DNA from: a virus
Virus record (IMG/VR): IMGVR_UViG_3300045988_047527
Direction: 5' to 3' (one strand)
DNA length: 42,227 nt
A program made the translations under genes and the position numbers. This document shows positions 40,569 to 42,227 of the stretch, in pieces (within the stretch, counting starts at the first letter, position 1; each line of letters begins with the position of its first letter). The notes beneath the pieces are model-generated. The model was given only the letters and a program-made list of their open reading frames with translations, searched no databases and had not been told where the DNA came from.

Positions 40569-41334
40569 AGTCCAGCTTTTAGACCTTAACACAAAGGACA
40601 TTCTGATTGATGACCTCGGTCAAAGAGATGTAAACCGGAGACGGGCACAGTTCAACAAGATCATGCGTACATTCGACCCGAATCTCATCCAGCCTATCAG
40701 CGTTGCGCTAATTGATGGAAAGTATTACTGCTTTGACGGCCAGATGACTATGAAGGTCTTAAAGGCCAGAAACGCTGGTCGTGACCTCTGCGTAAAGTGT
40801 CGGGTCTATAACGGAATGACAAAGATGGACGCAGCTAATATGTTCATCAATCAGCGCGGCACTACTAGCAGAGTAACCCTGACAGACAAAATCAGAGTCC
40901 TTGGTAACTACGGAGATCAGAAATCCATCGACTTTCAGCGAATCACAGAGAAAAACGGGCTGGAAATTTCCTGGACTGGGAATAAGGCAAAAAATGCGGT
41001 GATTGCCGTTTCTACCATTTGGAACGAGTTTCTTACTTTCAATGATAACGAGTTATATGGATGTTTCATTCGAGTAATTAAGCAATCTTGGAATGGAGAC
41101 CCCTCCGGCGCTCAGGCCCAAATCCTTCGTGGACTTGGACTGTTCATGAGGACATACAAAGGGCAGTTTAAAGAGGATATCCTAATTGAGAAACTGTCAA
41201 AGAAAAATCCGAATGATATCGCAAGAGATGCACAAGTGGATAGGACATCTGGAGCTAGAAAATACGCTGTCCAGATTTTGCTAGCTTACAACTTCGCGCA
41301 GAGAGAGGCCAACCGGTTGCCAAATCTCCTGTAA
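40552..41334 (+). CDS. Second ParB/DGQHR-like fold protein (DUF-type)
   Basis: The segment PISVALIDGKYYCFDGQMTMKVL resembles the ParB N-terminal/DGQHR core. Start overlaps the upstream gene. Confidence 0.45.
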   Translation: MAQKIEVQLLDLNTKDILIDDLGQRDVNRRRAQFNKIMRTFDPNLIQPISVALIDGKYYCFDGQMTMKVLKARNAGRDLCVKCRVYNGMTKMDAANMFINQRGTTSRVTLTDKIRVLGNYGDQKSIDFQRITEKNGLEISWTGNKAKNAVIAVSTIWNEFLTFNDNELYGCFIRVIKQSWNGDPSGAQAQILRGLGLFMRTYKGQFKEDILIEKLSKKNPNDIARDAQVDRTSGARKYAVQILLAYNFAQREANRLPNLL

Positions 41335-41464
41335 ATAAAAGATGCCCCGCCAGATGCCGGAAACATCTGACGAGGCTACCAGACCTGACTGATACGGCAA
41401 TCAGGCTTGATAGAACAACTGTACTACTTTTTTGGTTCTCTGTCAAGCCGGAAAGGAAAATTTT

Positions 41465-41662
41465 ATGAAAAAAACACTTGACGAGAACGACAGCATTAAG
41501 GACCTTGGAACGCAGAGCCGGAATTCTAGGATGCACATGAACAATCTAGAACGGGATCATTACGGTGTTGATGTGCCGGAGCTGCTTAAAACGGTTCGGA
41601 ATTTGGCTGATGTCATGGCAAGAATCCTAGATCAGGAGGCTAGAAATGAAAACTCCAAATGA
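41465..41662 (+). CDS. Hypothetical small protein
   Basis: ATG 41465 after AAAGGAAA. 65 aa. Confidence 0.45.
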   Translation: MKKTLDENDSIKDLGTQSRNSRMHMNNLERDHYGVDVPELLKTVRNLADVMARILDQEARNENSK

Positions 41663-41843
41663 GATTGTTCGCCGCATCACCCAGCAAGCTATGGAGCGGC
41701 ACCGGCTCTCACAAAGGGGCCTTGCCCATGAAATCGGCTGTGGCGATGGCTCTATCGCAAAGCTCCTGGACGAGCAGGAGGTTCGTCTCACTCAGGAGCA
41801 GTGGTTTTATTTGATGACGTTGGGAGGAAAACAGCTTGCGTGA
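41646..41843 (+). CDS. Small HTH-like protein
   Basis: SD GGAGG. The segment ERHRLSQRGLAHEIGCGDGSIAKLL resembles an HTH. Confidence 0.5.
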   Translation: MKTPNEIVRRITQQAMERHRLSQRGLAHEIGCGDGSIAKLLDEQEVRLTQEQWFYLMTLGGKQLA

Positions 41844-41847
41844 CTGG

Positions 41848-41931
41848 ATGCTCGTGGGCGCATACGCCTGCATTATTGTAGCAATGGCGCTGATAATTTG
41901 GGACATATGGGATAGGAGAAGGAAGAAATGA
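41848..41931 (+). CDS. Very small membrane peptide, 27 aa
   Basis: Product is MLVGAYACIIVAMALIIWDIWDRRRKK. Its stop overlaps the start of the hexapeptide-repeat gene (ATGA). Confidence 0.3.
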   Translation: MLVGAYACIIVAMALIIWDIWDRRRKK

Positions 41932-42227
41932 AGAAATATGAGCTTACCTCTGATACGAAAATTGTTTTTGGACACATCCTATATCGCATCAAGGCGCTTT
42001 CCTCGTTTGGGTGTGTTTCCGCTGGAGATTTAGGAGGTTTTTTGGAAAGCGAGAAAAACCTAAGCCAAAATGGCGACGCCTGGGTGTACGGCGACGCCAG
42101 GGTGTACGGCGACGCCTGGGTGTACGGCGACGCCGAGGTGTACGGCGACGCCAGGGTGTACGGCGACGCCGAGGTGTACGGCGACGCCTGGGTGTACGGC
42201 GACGCCGAGGTGTACGGCGACGCCAGG
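41928..42227 (+). CDS. Hexapeptide-repeat protein, N-terminal part (open to the end of the window; continues at base 2)
   Basis: ATG 41928. 100 codons without a stop. N-terminal domain followed by (W/R/E)VYGDA repeats. Confidence 0.8.
   Translation, partial: MKKYELTSDTKIVFGHILYRIKALSSFGCVSAGDLGGFLESEKNLSQNGDAWVYGDARVYGDAWVYGDAEVYGDARVYGDAEVYGDAWVYGDAEVYGDAR
42084..42227. repeat. 18-bp tandem repeat array (8 units), coding; the same array as 5-148
   Basis: Read directly from the sequence. Exactly eight 18-bp units run to the last base. Confidence 0.95.

Larger units (their letters stand above)
1..42227. mobile_element. Complete temperate siphovirus-like phage genome / circularised prophage
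   Basis: Contains integrase plus attP, a repressor/ImmA pair, recombination/replication genes, TerS/TerL, portal, capsid, tail, tape measure, fibres, holins and endolysin. Termini share 40 identical nt (1-40 = 42188-42227), and one ORF stays in frame across the join. Confidence 0.85.

Noticed and set aside
1-42227. Host flanking DNA with attL/attR junctions of an integrated prophage.
   Set aside because: Every part of the window is phage-like, the ends overlap by 40 nt within one gene, and the tRNA-like fragment occurs once, next to int. The record therefore represents the circular (attP) form.

Overview
The window reads as one complete temperate siphovirus-type phage genome, or an excised and circularised prophage. 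The host looks Firmicutes/Clostridia-like. GC appears mid-50s percent by eye, with several AT-richer islands (not computed). Bases 1-40 are identical to 42188-42227, and a hexapeptide-repeat ORF runs in frame across that junction. The record is therefore probably a circular assembly opened inside an 18-bp tandem-repeat array. Gene order, + strand unless stated: (1) Early recombination/replication genes: Rad50/SbcC-like ATPase, DUF669-like protein, MBL-fold hydrolase, DUF4373-like replisome organiser, G39P-like loader, an ori-like repeat cluster, many small Cys-rich/zinc-ribbon proteins, a RyR-domain protein, DUF3310 and an XRE regulator. (2) An orphan DPPY DNA methyltransferase. (3) An A118-like packaging/head/tail block: TerS, TerL, portal, minor capsid, scaffold, major capsid with Ig-like C-terminus, connectors, major tail, chaperone, Gp15-like, tape measure, distal tail, Gly-rich tail protein, collagen-like fibre, and an Ig/MBG plus lectin-like receptor-binding protein. 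(4) A lysis cassette: XhlA-like protein, two holin-like proteins, CHAP endolysin. (5) A cargo region. (6) attP next to a minus-strand tyrosine integrase. (7) A minus-strand lysogeny block (Bro-N/DinD-like, small membrane proteins, ImmA-type protease, XRE repressor) facing a Cro-like gene and two ParB-like genes. Most interesting observations: (i) a six-gene cargo cassette (31.5-34.5 kb) encoding low-complexity, Cys-rich, membrane-anchored proteins of no family I can name; (ii) two convergent consensus promoters with identical initial transcribed sequence flanking a tiny hydrophobic Lys-tailed peptide ORF, which resembles a type I toxin-antitoxin locus; (iii) an antisense two-gene cassette with a ribbon-helix-helix-like ORF and a palindromic operator inside the head module; (iv) an attP with a tRNA-Arg-like 3' fragment, a terminator and four arm-type repeats; (v) face-to-face switch promoters carrying TCCGTA repeats. 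No rRNA, complete tRNA, CRISPR array, transposase or reverse transcriptase was seen. All family assignments come from motif recognition by eye, not from database searches.
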